Part shown: positions 49,639 to 63,700 of the stretch, one piece after another
How the letters are laid out: every line of letters begins with the position of its first letter
Position numbering within the stretch: the first letter of the stretch is position 1
Origin: Eledone cirrhosa
Lineage: Eukaryota
Direction of reading: 5' to 3'
Assembly: GCA_964016885.1 (NCBI GenBank)
Contig: OZ024749.1
Span: 21,824,001 to 21,888,000 of the forward strand
DNA: 64,000 bases
Translations under genes and position numbers: made by a program
The notes under the pieces: generated by a model
Seen by the model: only the letters and a program-made list of their open reading frames with translations
The model's database searches: none
What the model was told of the DNA's origin: nothing

Positions 49639-51422
49639 GGTACTGTTGTTGTTACTGCTGTTATTGTTGTTGTTGTTGGTACTGTTGTTGGTACTGCTGT
49701 TATTGTTGTTGTTGTTGTTGTTGGTACTGTTGTTGGTACTGCTGTTGTTGTTGTTGGTACTGTTGTTGTTACTGTTGTTGTTGTTGTTGTTGGTACTGTT
49801 GTTGGTACTGTTGTTGTTGTTGGTACTGTTGTTGTTGGTACTGTTGTTGTTACTACTGTTGTTGTTGTTGGTACTGTTGTTGGTACTGCTGTTGTCTTTG
49901 TTGGTACTGTTGTTGGTACTGTTGTTGTTGTCGTTGTTGGTACTGTTGTTGGTATTGCTGTTATTGTTGTTGTTGTTGTTGGTACTGTTGTTGGTACTGT
50001 TGTTGTTGTTGGTACTGTTGTTTATACTGTTGTTGTTGTTGGTGGTACTGTTGTTGTTGTTGTTGTTGGTACTCTTGTTGGTACTGTTGTTGTTGTTGCT
50101 GTTATTGTTGTTGGTACTGCTGTTATTGTTGTTGTTGTTGTTGGTACAGTTGTTGGTACTGCTGTTGTTGTTGTTGTTGTTGTTGGTACTGCTGTTATTG
50201 TTGTTGTTTTTGTTACTGTTGATGGTACTGCTGTTGTTGTTGTTGGTACTGTTGTTGTTGTTGTTGTTGTTGGTACTGTTGGTGTTGTTGTTGCTACTGT
50301 TGTTGGTACTGCTGTTATTGTTGTTGTTGTTGTTGGTACTGTTGTTGTTGTTTTTGTTGGTACTGTTGTTAGTACTGTTGTTGTTGTTGTTGGTACTGCT
50401 CTTATTTTTGTTGTTGTTGGTACTGTTGTTGTTGTTTTTGTTGGTACTGTTGTTAGTACTGTTGTTGTTGTTGTTGGTACTGCTCTTATTGTTGTTGTTG
50501 TTGGTACTGTTGTTGTTGTTGTTGCTGGTACTGTTGTTGGTACTGTTGTTGTTGTTGTTGTTGGTACTGTTGTTGTTGTTGACGGTACTGTTGTTCGTAC
50601 TGCTGTTATTGTTGTTGTTGTTGTTGGTACTGTTGTTGGTACTGCTGTTGTTGTTGTTGGTACTTTTGTTGGTACTGCTGTTGTTGTTGTTGGTACTGTT
50701 GTTGTTGTTGTTGGTACTGTTGTTGTTGTTGTTGTTGGTACTGTTGTTGGTACTGCTGTTGTTCTTGTTGGTACTGTTGTTGTTGTTGGTACTGTTGTTG
50801 TTGTTGTTGGTACTGTTGTTGGTACTGCTGTTGTTCTTGTTGGTACTGTTGTTGTTGTTGGTACTGTTGTTGTTGTTGTTGGTACTGTTGTTTATACTGT
50901 TGTTGTTGTTGTTGTTGGTACTCTTGTTGGTACTGTTGTTGTTGTTGCTGTTATTGTTGTTGTTGTTACTATTGATGGTACGACTGTTGTTGTTGTTGGT
51001 ACTGTTGTTGTTACTGTTGTTGTTGTTGTTGTTGTTGTTTTTGGTACTGGTGTTGTTGTTGTTGGTACTGTTGTTGGTACTGCTGTTGTTGTTGTTGGTA
51101 CTGTTGTTGTTCTCGGTACTGTTGTTGGTACTGCTGTTATTGTTGTTCTTGTTGCTGGTACTGTTGTTGGTACTGTTGTTGTTGTTGTTGTTGGTACTAT
51201 TGTTGTTGTTGTTGGTACTGTTGTTTATACTGTTGTTGTTGTTGGTGGTACTGTTGTTGTTGTTGTTGTTGGTACTCTTGTTGGTACTGTTGTTGTTGTT
51301 GTTGTTGGTACTGTTGTTGGTATTGCTGTTATTGTTGTTGTTGTTGTTGGTACTCTTGTTGTTGTTGTTGTTGGTACTGTTGTTTATACTGTTGTTGTTG
51401 TTGTTGGTACTGTTGTAGTTAC

Positions 51423-51471
<49 letters not shown>

Positions 51472-51617
51472 CGTACTGTTGTTGTTCTCGGTATTGTTGT
51501 TGGTACTGCTGTTATTGTTGTTTTTGTTGTTGTTGGTACTGTTGTTTGTACTGCTGTTGTTGTTGTTGGTACTGTTGTTGGTACCTCTGTTGTGGTTGTT
51601 GGTACTGTTGTTGGTAC

Positions 51618-51648
<31 letters not shown>

Positions 51649-51950
51649 GGTACTGCTGTTATTGTTGTTCTTGTTGCTGGTACTGTTGTTGGTACTGTTG
51701 TTGTTGTTGGTACTGCTTTTGTTGTTATTGTTGGTACTGTTGTTGTTACTGTTGTTGTTGTTGTTGGTACTGTTGTTGTTACTGTTGTTGTTGTTGGTAC
51801 TGTTGTTTATACTGTTGTTGTTGTTGGTGGTACTGTTGTTGTTGTTGTTGTTGTTGGTACTCTTGTTGGTACTGTTATTGTTGTTGCTGGTATTGTTGTT
51901 GGTACTGCTGTTATTGTTGTTGTTGTTGTTGGTACTGTTGTTGGTACTGC

Positions 51951-51981
<31 letters not shown>

Positions 51982-52755
51982 GGTACTGTTGTTGGTACTG
52001 CTGTCGTTGTTGTTGGTACTGTTGTTGTTGTTGTTGTTGTTGGTACTGTTGTTATTGTTGTTGTTGTTGGTACTGTTGTTAGTACTGTTGTTGTTGTTGC
52101 TGGTACTGTTGTTGGTACTGTTGTTGGTACTGCTGTTGTTGTTGTTGGTACTGTTGTTGGTACTGCTGTTGTTGTTGTTGGTACTGTTGTTGGTACTGCT
52201 GTTGTTGTTGTCGGTACTGTTGTTGGTACTGCTGGTATTGTTGCTGTTGTTGTTGGTACTGTTGTCGGTACTGCTGCTGTTGTTGGTACTGTTGTTGGTA
52301 CTGCTGGTACTGTTGTTGTTGTTGTTGGTACTGTTGTTGGTACTGCTGCTGTTGTTGGTACTGTTGTTGGTACTGCTGTTGTTGTTGTTGGTACTGTTGT
52401 TGGTACTGCTGTTGTTGTTGTCGGTACTGTTGATGGTACTGCTGTTGTTGTTGTTGTTGGTACTGTTGTTGTTACTGCTGTTATTGTTGTTGTTATTGTT
52501 GTTGTTGGTACTGCTGTTATTGTTGTTGTTACTGTTGATGGTACGACTGTTGTTGTTGGTACTGTTGTTGTTTCTGTTGTTTGTTGTTGTTGTTGTTGTT
52601 GTTGTTGTTGGTACTGGTGTTGTTCTCGGTACTGTTGTTGGTACTGCTGTTATTGTTGTTGTTGTTGTTGTTGGTACTGTTGTTTGTACTGTTGTTGTTG
52701 TTGTTGGTACTGTTGTTGGTACTTCTGTTGTTGTTGTTGGTACTGTTGTTGGTAC

Positions 52756-52816
<61 letters not shown>

Positions 52817-53034
52817 GGTACTGTTGTTGTTACTGCTGTTATTGTTGTTGTTGTTGGTACTGTTGTTGGTACTGTTGTTGTTGTTGTTGGTACTGTTGTT
52901 GTTACTGTTGTTGTTGTTGTTGTTGGTACTGTTGTTGGTACTGTTGTTGTTGTTGGTACTGTTGTTGTTGGTACTGTTGTTGTTACTACTGTTGTTGTTA
53001 TTGGTACTGTTGTCGGTACTGCTGTTATTGTTGT

Positions 53035-53069
<35 letters not shown>

Positions 53070-53156
53070 CTGCTGTTATTGTTGTTGGTACTATTGTTGG
53101 TACTGTTGTTGTTGTCGTTGTTGGTACTGTTGTTGGTATTGCTGTTATTGTTATTG

Positions 53157-53189
<33 letters not shown>

Positions 53190-56100
53190 TTGTTGGTACT
53201 GTTGTTTATACTGCTGTTGTTGTTGGTGGTACTGTTGTTGTTGTTGTTGTTGGTACTCTTGTTGGTACTGTTATTGTTGTTGTTGTTGCTGTTATTGTTG
53301 TTGGTACTGCTGGTGTTGTTGTTGGTACTGTTGTTGGTACTGTTGTTGTTGTTGTTGTTGTTGGTACTGTTGTTGGTACTGCTGTCGTTGTTGTTGGTAC
53401 TGTTGTTGGTACTGTTGTTGTTGTTGTTGTTGTTGGTACTGTTGTTAGTACTGTTGTTGTTGATGTTGGTACTGTTGTTGGTACTGTTGTTGTTGATGTT
53501 GGTACTGTTGTTGTTGTTGTTGTTGTTGTCGGTACTGTTGTTGGTACTGTTGGTGTTGTTGTTGCTACTGTTGTTGGTACTGCTGTTATTGTTGTTGTTG
53601 TTGTTGGTACTGCTCTTATTTTTGTTGTTGTTGGTACTGTTGTTGTTGTTTTTGTTGGTACTGTTGTTAGTACTGTTGTTGTTGTTGTTGGTACTGCTCT
53701 TATTGTTGTTGTTGTTGGTACTGTTGTTGTTGTTGACGGTACTGTTGTTCGTACTGCTGTTATTGTTGTTGTTGTTGTTGGTACTGCTGTTGTTGTTGTT
53801 GGTACTTTTGTTGGTACTGCTGTTGTTGTTGTTGGTACTGTTGTTGGTACTGTTGTTGTTGTTGGTACTGTTGTTGGTACTGCTGTTGTTCTTGTTGGTA
53901 CTGTTGTTGTTGTTGGTACTGTTGTTTATACTGTTGTTGTTGTTGGTACTCTTGTTGGTACTGTTGTTGTTGTTGCTGTTATTGTTGTTGTTGTTACTAT
54001 TGATGGTACGACTGTTGTTGTTGTTGGTACTGTTGTTGTTACTGTTGTTGTTGTTGTTGTTGTTGTTTTTGGTACTGGTGTTGTTGTTGTTTGTACTGTT
54101 GTTGGTACTGCTGTTGTTGTTGTTGGTACTGTTGTTGTTCTCGGTACTGTTGTTGGTACTGCTGTTATTGTTGTTCTTGTTGCTGGTACTGTTGTTGGTA
54201 CTGTTGTTGTTGTTGTTGGTACTATTGTTGTTGTTGTTGGTACTGTTGTTTATACTGTTGTTGTTGTTGTTGTTGGTACTCTTGTTGGTACTGTTGTTGT
54301 TGTTGTTGGTACTGTTGTTTATACTGTTGTTGTTGTTGGTGGTACTGTTGTTGTTGTTATTGTTGTTGTTTTTGTTGGTACTGTTGTTGTTGTTGTTGTT
54401 GGTACTATTGTTGTTGTTGTTGGTACTCTTGTTGGTACCCTTGTTGTTGTTGTCGTTGTTACTGTTGTTGGTACTGCTCTTATTGTTGTTGTTGTTGTTG
54501 GTACTGCTCTTATTGTTGTTGTTGTTGGTACTGTTGTTGTTGTTGTTGTTGGTACTGTTGTATATACTGTTGTTGTTGTTGTTGGTACTATTGTTGTTGT
54601 TGGTACTCTTGTTGGTACTGCTGTTATTGTTGTTGTTGTAACTGTTGATGGTACGACTGTTGTTGTTGTTGGTACTGTTGTTGTTACTGTTGTTGTTGTT
54701 GTTGTTGGTACTTTTGTTAGTACTGTTGTTGTTGTTGCTGTTGTTGGTACTGTTGTTGGTACTGCTGTTGTTGTTGTTGGTACTGTTGTTGTTCTCGGTA
54801 CTGTTGTTGGTACTGCTGTTATTGTTATTGTTGTTGTTTTTGTTACTGTTGATGGTACTGCTGTTGTTGTTGTTGTTGTTGTTGGTACTGTTGTTGGTAC
54901 TGCTGTTGTTGTTGTTGGTACTGTTGTTGTTGTTGGTGGTGGTGGTGGTACTGTTGTTATTGTTGTTGTTGTTGGTACTGTTGTTGGTACTGCTGTTATT
55001 GTTGTTGTTGTTGTTGGTACTGTTGTTGGTACTGCTGTTATTGTTGTTGTTGTTGTTGTTGGTACTGTTGTTGGTACTGCTGTTATTGTTGTTTTTGTTG
55101 TTGGTACTGTTGTTGGTACTGCTGTTATTGTTGTTGTTGTTGTTGGTACTGTTGTTGGTACTGTTGTTGGTACTGCTGTTGTTGTTGTTGGTACTGTTGT
55201 TGGTACTGCTGTTATTGTTGTTGTTGTTGTTGGTACTGTTGTTGGTACTGCTGTTATTGTTGTTGTTGTTGTTGGTACTGTTGTTGGTACTGCTGTTATT
55301 GTTGTTTTTGTTGTTGGTACTGTTGTTGGTACTGCTGTTATTGTTGTTGTTGTTGTTGGTACTGTTGTTGGTACTGCTGTTATTGTTGTTGTTGTTGTTG
55401 TTGGTACTGTTGTTGGTACTGCTGTTATTGTTGTTTTTGTTGTTGGTACTGTTGTTGGTACTGCTGTTATTGTTGTTGTTGTTGTTGGTACTGTTGTTGG
55501 TACTGTTGTTGGTACTGCTGTTGTTGTTGTTGGTACTGTTGTTGGTACTGCTGTTATTGTTGTTGTTGTTGTTGGTACTGTTGTTGGTACTGCTGTTATT
55601 GTTGTTGTTGTTGTTGGTACTGTTGTTGGTACTGCTGTTATTGTTGTTTTTGTTGTTGGTACTGTTGTTGGTACTGCTGTTATTGTTGTTGTTGTTGTTG
55701 GTACTGTTGTTGGTACTGCTGTTATTGTTGTTGTTGTTGGTACTTTTGTTGTTGTTGTTGTTGGTGGTGGTACTGCTGTTATTGTTGTTTTTGTTGTTGG
55801 TACTGTTGTTATTGTTGTTTTTGTTGTTGGTACTGTTGTTATTGTTGTTTTTGTTGTTGGTACTGTTGTTGGTACTGCTGTTATTGTTGTTGTTGTTGGT
55901 ACTGTTGTTATTGTTGTTGTTGTTGGTACTTTTGTTGTTGTTGTTGGTGGTGGTACTGCTGTTATTGTTGTTTTTGTTGTTGGTACTGCTGTTATTGTTG
56001 TTTTTGTTGTTGGTACTGCTGTTATTGTTGTTTTTGTTGTTGGTACTGTTGTTGGTACTGCTGTTATTGTTGTTGTTGTTGGTACTGTTGTTATTGTTGT

Positions 56101-56625
56101 TGTTGTTGGTACTTTTGTTGGTACTGCTGTTATTGTTGTTTTTGTTGTTGGTACTGTTGTTGGTACTGCTGTTATTGTTGTTGTTGTTGTTGTTACTGTT
56201 GTTGGTACTGCTGTTGTTGATGTTGGTACTGTTGTTGGTACTGCTGTTGTTGTTGTTGGTACTGTTGTTGTTGTTGTTGTTGTCCATACTGTTGTTGGTA
56301 CTGTTGGTGTTGTTGTTGCTACTGATGTTGCTACTGCTGTTATTGTTGTCGTTGTTGGTACTGTTGTTACTGTTGTGGGTACTGCTTGTTGTTGTTGGTA
56401 CTGTTTTTGGTACTGTTGTTGTTGTTGCTGTTGGTACTGTTGTCGTTACTGCTGCAATTGTTGTTGTTGTTGGTACTGATGTTGGTACTGCTGTTATTGT
56501 TGTTGTTGTTGTTGTTACTGTTGTTGGTACTGTTGTTGGTACTGCTGTTGTTGTTGTTGGTACTGTTGTTGGTACTGCTGTTATTGTTGTTGTTGTTGTT
56601 GGTACTGTTGTTGGTACTGTTGTTT

Positions 56626-56660
<35 letters not shown>

Positions 56661-57185
56661 GGTACTGCTGTTGGTACTGCTGTTATTGTTGTTGTTGTTG
56701 TTGGTACTGTTGTTGGTACTGCTGTTGTTGTTGTTGGTACTGTTGTTGTTACTGTTGTTGTTGTTGGTACTGTTGTTGGTACTGCTGTTATTGTTGTTGT
56801 TGTTGTTGGTACTGTTGTTGGTACTGCTGTTGTTGATATTGGTACTGTTGTTGGTACTGTTGTTGTTGTTGTTGTTGTTGTTGTTATTGTTGTTGGTACT
56901 GTTGTTGGTACTTCTGTTGTTGTTGGTAGTTGTTGGTACTGCTGTTGTTGTTGTTGGTACTGTTGTTGGTACTGTTGTTGGTACTGTTGTTGGTACTGTT
57001 GTTGGTACTGTTGTTGGTACTGCTGTTGTTGTTGTTGGTACTGTTGTTGGTACTGTTGTTGTTGTTGTTGTTGGTGGTGGTGGTACTGTTGTTGGTACTG
57101 TTGTTGTTGTTGTTGGTACTGTTGTTGGTACTGCTGTTGTTGTTGTTGTTGTTGGTACTGTTGTTGGTACTGTTGTGGTTGATGA
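44430..57185. repeat. ~12.7-kb compound satellite: GGTACT[GCT][GTTATT](GTT)n
   Basis: Directly visible, with 3-nt periodicity and only occasional phase shifts. Confidence 0.95.
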
Positions 57186-57310
57186 TGGTGATTCTCTTCA
57201 GCAGCATCTTCACCCTTCTCGTTTTACTAATCCCCTATCCGAAATGTTTTTCCACAGCTCCACCAACACTATCATCATCATCATCATGTTATTATCCTTA
57301 TTTATTTATC

Positions 57311-57690
57311 GGTAGAGGGTCGGATGCCATGCTTTCCAGCATAGTTACGTCCCCTTACGATATGAGTTCAAATCCCGCCAATGTTGACTTTGCCTTTCAT
57401 CCTTACGGGGTCGATAAAATAAAGTACCAGTAATGTACTGGGTAATTGCTGGCCTTGTGCCAAAAGTAGAAACAATTATTATTACTGGGGCAGTGAATTG
57501 ACAGTAATCCGTAGAGTGTCGGACAACATGCTTTGTGGCATAGAGTTACGCCCCTTTACGTTCTGAGTTCAAATCCTGCCGAGGTTGACTTTACCTTTCA
57601 TCCTTACGGGGGTCGATAAAATAAAGTACCAGTAATGTACTGGGATAATTGCTGGCCTTGTGCCAAAAGTAGAAACAATTATTTATTTAT
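57311..57690 (+). mobile_element. Two tandem tRNA-derived SINEs (octopus-type)
   Basis: GAGTTCAAATCC B-box; shared body ttgactttgcctttcatccttacggggtcgataaaataaagtaccag; end ccttgtgccaaaagtagaaac followed by an AT-rich tail. Confidence 0.8.
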
Positions 57691-58229
57691 TCAGTGTGAG
57701 TCTGCATGTGTGAAATAGAGTCAGTTTTTTTTTCTTTTAGGGTTTTCTGGGAGAGAGTACATGCCCTTGGTGGTCAGGGTGACCGTGAATCTAGAGTTCC
57801 TCAGTTGATTCTTTTTGGGATCTGTTTCATCATGTATACTGAGTATGTATGTATGTAGGTATATGTATGTAGGTGTGTATGTATGTGTGTATATATATAT
57901 GTATGCATGTACGTTTGTATGTATATGTGTATATGTGAATGTAGATATACATGTATATATGTATGCATGTACGTTTATATGTATATATATATATGTGAAT
58001 GTATATGTGATTGTACATATACATGTATATATGTAGGCACGTATGCATGTAAGCATATATGTATGTATGTATATATATGTATGTATGCATGCATGCATGC
58101 ATGGATGTATGTATATATGCATGTATGTATGTAGGCGGGTATGCATGTAAGCATATATACATGTATGAATATATATATATATATATGTGTATGTATATAT
58201 ATATGTATATATATATATATACATACAAA

Positions 58230-58681
58230 GGGCAAAGGAGCTCTTAAGAGTCAATGGCCATCCAAAATCACCGGGAGAGATGACCCCTTAGCCTTTGTCA
58301 AGTCAGAATTCTAGGAGAAGGAAAACTCTGATATAACACCTGCAACCCTGATGGTATCCAATGATGTTGACTTGTTCTTCTTTTTGGTAAATATCATCTT
58401 GGTTAAGAGAGTAGGACTGGCTTTGTGCAGTGCCTTTGCTCACTATAAAAACTTCACGGCACAGGCATTGCTTTATATCTGTAGATCTCTCTGCACTTGT
58501 CGTCACATGGTACCATGGGCCGAGCACTATGTGTCAATAATTGACACTAGTGTAGTGTTTGTACCAGAGTTTTCAATAGCTGGCTAGACTAAAAAGTCAT
58601 ACTCGTTCAGCGCATCGGTAGGGGTTCTCCTACATGGATATAAAGTAGTGGCCGTACTCGAAAACGAGTTGGCAGCCACCA
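58230..58681 (+). mobile_element. Longer copy of the RTE-5'UTR-like non-autonomous repeat
   Basis: Matches 22728-23033; contains ctaggagaaggaaaactctga, which I recall as an RTE 5' UTR motif; ttctaggagaagg is shared with ~60105-60117. Confidence 0.55.
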
Positions 58682-59413
58682 TGTATATATATATATATGA
58701 GGGAGCTGTCTTTTCGTGGGGTAAGTTTTTAATTAATTTTGTATTCTGAAACATCAAAATACAACAATTCTTTGGTCACTGGACTCGGGAATGTCACGAC
58801 AGAAAATTGTGGAAGTTACACAAATATTTTCGTATGTTTTACCAGAGCAATCCTTATTTATATTTTACATTTTACATTTTACATTTACTTACATCTCAAT
58901 TTAAGATGGCTAAAATTCAAATTTTGCAAAAACGGACAAATGAACTAGATACATCTCACTGTCCCCCGCCACCACAATAACGTCCACACTCTCTCCCCAC
59001 CATCACATTTACATTTACACATGTCATTACCCTATCTAGACTAAAGTCACCGACCTGTTGTCAAACTCTCTACTCTGTGTTGAATGTGTGTGTGTATATA
59101 TATGTATGTATATGTTTGTATATACATCACACAGTCAAACGACCAAATTTCAACCCCAACATCCACAACAACACCGGCACTAATGTTTACAGCAACAACA
59201 ACTTCAGAATGAATTGAAATGAACATTTACAACAACAACAACAGCGACATCAAACGATAACAAAAAAAACCCAAAACCAACAAACAAACAAAAAAACTCA
59301 AAATAACAAAACACACCAACACACGCACACAACACAACAACAACATCAACTGCCACCACCACCACCACCACCACCATCACCATCACCAGCGACCGGGCCT
59401 TAAGAAAACAACT

Positions 59414-59765
59414 TTAATAATTGTTTCTACTTTTGGCACAAGACCAGCAATTAACCAGTGCATTACTGGTACTTTATTTTATCGACCCCGTAAGGATGAA
59501 AGGCAAAGTTAACCTAGGCGGGATTTGAACTCAGAATGGCAAGGGCCGTAACTCTATGCATCAAAGCATGACGTCCAACCCTCTACCGATACTGCCAATT
59601 CACAACTTTAATAATAATAATTTTTCTGCTTTTGGCACGGATCCAGCGATGGTTCATCGAATTACTGGTACTCTCTTTGTTGACTCCGTGGGGATGAAAG
59701 GCAAGGTTGACCTCGGTGGGATTTAAGCTCAGAGCGTGGAGAGCCATAGCTCTATGCTATAAAGC
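59414..59765 (-). mobile_element. Two tandem SINEs of the same family on the minus strand
   Basis: Reverse-complement similarity to 57311-57690. Confidence 0.75.
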
Positions 59766-60734
59766 AATTATAATAATACTGGACTGTAATACGAACGGCT
59801 TCAACTATACGAACTCTTGAAAGTCAACAGTTGACATAATCTTGTAATCTTGTGTCAGTAATGACGGTAATATATAATAAATATATGTGTGTGTTGAGTA
59901 GCGTATGTGTGTTTGTTTGTATGTATGAGTGTTGCTGTGCGCGCGCGTATGTATGCGTGTGTGTATGTCGTACGTATAAGTGTCAATAAGTGATCTTTTT
60001 TTTTTTTCTTTTTGCGTGGGAACATAGAAATAATCGGGCTGGATGCCCGATCGCGCAGTTAAACCACTGGGAGTGAAGAACCCCTAGCCCTTGTCAGGAC
60101 ATTCTTCTAGGAGAAGGCATCTCAGGAAACTGGGTTAACTCCGACATAAAACCTGCGGCTCAGTAGATACCGATGATATTGATCTTTTCTTCTTTTCGGG
60201 TTATAGCTACTGTCGCTCAGAGAGTGGGATTGGCTCAGTGCACAGTCTTTCTTCACTTTAAAAATATTCGTCACGCACAGGCATTGCACGATTGCATTAA
60301 TAATTATTAATAGTGTATTATTATTATTATTATTATTACAGCTGCATTTATCTTGCTTTATGTTCATACGAGTTATCACCAAGTCACAACCAGTGACCTC
60401 AAGAGACCTCAAGAGACAACAAGGTCCGCCATGTTCAAGAAAGAACATACATACTCACACATGCATCTTTAGGTGTTTAGACTTGTGATGTACTTATATT
60501 AACAGAATCTTCCTTAGTATATTGGCAGTTCCCATTAGTACTATCTTTTGTATTTCTCCTATACGCGGGTTTCCTGGGATTTGCGATAAGTAATTATTAT
60601 TATTATTATTATTATTATTATTGTTACTATTATTATTACTTTTTTTTTTCCAAATTCAATGATTTCCAGAACAATATAAAAGAGATAATTGGCAATTTAG
60701 GTTATGGAACAAAAAAGATAATTTGCAATAAGGG

Positions 60735-63700
60735 TAGGGGCCTCAGGTTATCACAGCCTGGGCCCGCTCGTCATCGTGCCATTGTAATAGAGCCAAACAA
60801 GGCATTTAGTCTTGGCTGCTGGAACGTACGGACGCTGCTTGACAGGGATTCCTTGGAGCGTCCTGAACGAAGGATCGCTCTTGTTGAAAAGGAGCTTCGA
60901 CGTTACGATCTTGACATCGTGGCTTTATCTGAGACGAGGTTAGCTGGAGATGGTCATCTTACAGAATTTTGTGAAGAATATACATTCTTCTGGAAAGGAA
61001 GAGATGAAGGAACCAGAAGAGAGGCTGGGGTAGGATTTGCTGTTAGGACTGTTCTTGTGAATAAATTAGAAGAATTCCCAGGAGGGATTAGTGAGCGTCT
61101 TATGTCCATGAGAATTCCGCTGGACAAAGGAAGATATGCGACCCTGGTGAGTGTGTATGCTCCAACTATGAATTCTGTCGATGAAGAAAAAGTGTCCTTT
61201 TACCATGCCTTGAAAGGTGTTTTAAGAAATATCTCTCAGGCAGACAAAGTCATCGTGCTTGGTGACTTTAATGCTAGAATGGGTAGGGATTTTAACACAT
61301 GGAATGTAATCGGAAGGCATGGGGTGGGAAAGTGTAACAACAATGGTATGCTCCTGCTGCAGATGTGAGAGGAGCTGGATCTGTGTGTTACCAACACCAT
61401 GTTCCAACAAAAGAACAAATTCAAGACCACATGGATGAATCCTGCATCTAAGGAATGGCATCTTTTGGACTACGTCCTAGTCAGGATGCGTGACAGACAG
61501 GATGCGCAGTGTGTTCGTGCTCTTCGACGGACCACCGCCTGGTACGCGCAAAAGTGACACTAATCACTAAACGTAAAATCCGGGCTCCTGGTGTTGCCCT
61601 GCCCAAAAGATTGAATGCTGCTCGTCTTAAGGATAAAAATGTGAAGAGGACATTGGAATGATGCAGGCTGCAGATCTTGGTAAGGATTGGCCGACCCTTA
61701 AAAAGTCGGTTTATGATGTAGGCAGGCGTGTTCTGCGATTGGTGCAGAGAAAACATCAGGACTGGTTTAATGAGAATGATGTACATATAGAAGACCTGTT
61801 GGCTGATAAGAGGCGTGCTCTGTCACGGTACTTGACGGCAAAACCACAGGAGAGGAATACGTTGCATGAGGAACTCAAGGATGTAAAATCCCGTGTTAGG
61901 CGGAGTCTTTCTCAGATGAAGGATCAGTGGTGGAGTGAGAAGGCTGGTGAGATACAAACTGCGTCAGATTCCAATAACACAAAGCTGTTGTACAGTCTCT
62001 TGCGTGAGGTCTATGGAGCGTCTTCTTCTCTGGTGACACCGCTTCGCAGCAAGGATGGCAAAGAACTTCTTCGTGACTCACAAGGAATTCTACGAAGGTG
62101 GCGAGAGCACTTTGATGATCTTTTGAATCAGCCGTCTGTCGTCAATGAAGATTTTCTCAATCTCATTCCAGAAAGTCCTGTGAAAGTAGCTCTCGCAGAA
62201 CCTCCGACGCTTGTGGAGGTTGCAGTGGCTATCTCGAAGCTGAACAGTGGAAGGTCTCCAGGTATGGATGGCATACATGCTGAGCTCCTACAATATGGTG
62301 TTGAGAGACTCCTGCAACATCTTCATTCTTTGTTTGGCAGGATATGGGCTAATGAATCCGTACCTGAGGACTGGAGAGATGCAGTAATGGTGGTCTTGTA
62401 CAAGGGAGAGGGTAACAGGAATGATTGTGGGAACTACAGAGGTATATCATTGCTTTCTGTCGTAGGGAAAGTTTTATGTAGGGTGCTTCTTCTGGACCGT
62501 CTGCTGACACACAGTGCAGATTGTGTTCTTCCTGAAAGTCAATCTGGTTTTCGTGCTGGACGCGGCACTACTGATATGATCTTCTCAGCTAGACAGCTCC
62601 AGGAGAAGTGCATGGAACAAGGTTTGGATCTGTATCAGGTTTTTGTCGATCTGACAAAAGCTTTCGATACTGTTAACAGAGATGCATTATGGAAGGTTCT
62701 CCAGAAACTTGGTTGCCCTGATAAGTTCCTTGCTTTAGTTAGGTCTTTCCATGACGACATGAAGTCTTGGGTTAATGTCGCAGGTAACATGTCGGAGCCT
62801 ATCTCAGTAAAAAATGGAGTGAAACAGGGGGATATTCCAGCACCGACCCTGTTTGCCATATACTTTGCAATGGTTTTCTGTATTGCATTCAGGAATTGCG
62901 AGCATGGTGTTTACATCTGATATCGAACCTCAGGCAGCATATTTAACATCAGGCGAGACCTCATGTATGCAGATGATTGCGGTCTTGTAGCGCACACAGA
63001 GAGTGATATGCAGCACATTTTGAATGCATTTTCTGACGCTTGCACTGCCTTAGGATTGACTGTCAGTCTCAAGAAAACTGTCGTCATGTACCAACTTGCT
63101 CCTGGTAAGCAGTACACTGAACCAAATATCTATGTGTATGGTAAACGTCTTGGGGTGGTTGATCAGTTTGTCTACCTGGGAAGCACTGTCAATCGATACA
63201 GCAACCTTGATAGTGAAATCTCACTTAGGATTAGGAAAGCAAGTGATGCTTTCGGAAAGCTAGAAAGGCGACTCTGGGGTCGGCGAGACATATGCAGGAG
63301 GACAAAGGTAAAGGTGTACAAGGCATGTGTGCTCTCTTGACTTCTTTATTCCTACGAGACCTGGGTCACATATCGACACCACCTTAAGCAATTGGAGCGA
63401 TTCCATCAGATGTGTCTCAGACGGATCCATGGCGTTCACTTGAGGGACCACATCAGTGATGTCGAGATTTTGGAAAGCTCTATGTGTGACAGTATAGAAG
63501 CTCTTGTGCTTAAGCAACGACTCCGTTGGAGCGGTCACCTTGCCAGGATGAAGGATTCTAGAATACCAAAACAACTCTTTTATGGAGAGTTAGTTAAAGG
63601 AAAACGACCACCACATAAACCAAAAAAGAGGTATAAGGATTCCTTGAAAGCCTCTTTGAAGGATGCTAACATCTCTGCTGATACATGGGAAAATATTGCT

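Noticed and set aside
43988-57433. Very long poly-V, poly-L, poly-C and N/S/T ORFs (up to 2130 aa)
   Set aside because: Open in several frames on both strands because of GTT composition; phase shifts present; no unique domain or splice evidence.
57311-59765. B-box sequences as tRNA genes
   Set aside because: No cloverleaf; the shared downstream body and AT-rich tails indicate SINEs.
57311-59765. Opposed SINE pairs as one inverted duplication
   Set aside because: The copies are too diverged from each other and their flanks do not align; independent insertions are sufficient to explain them.
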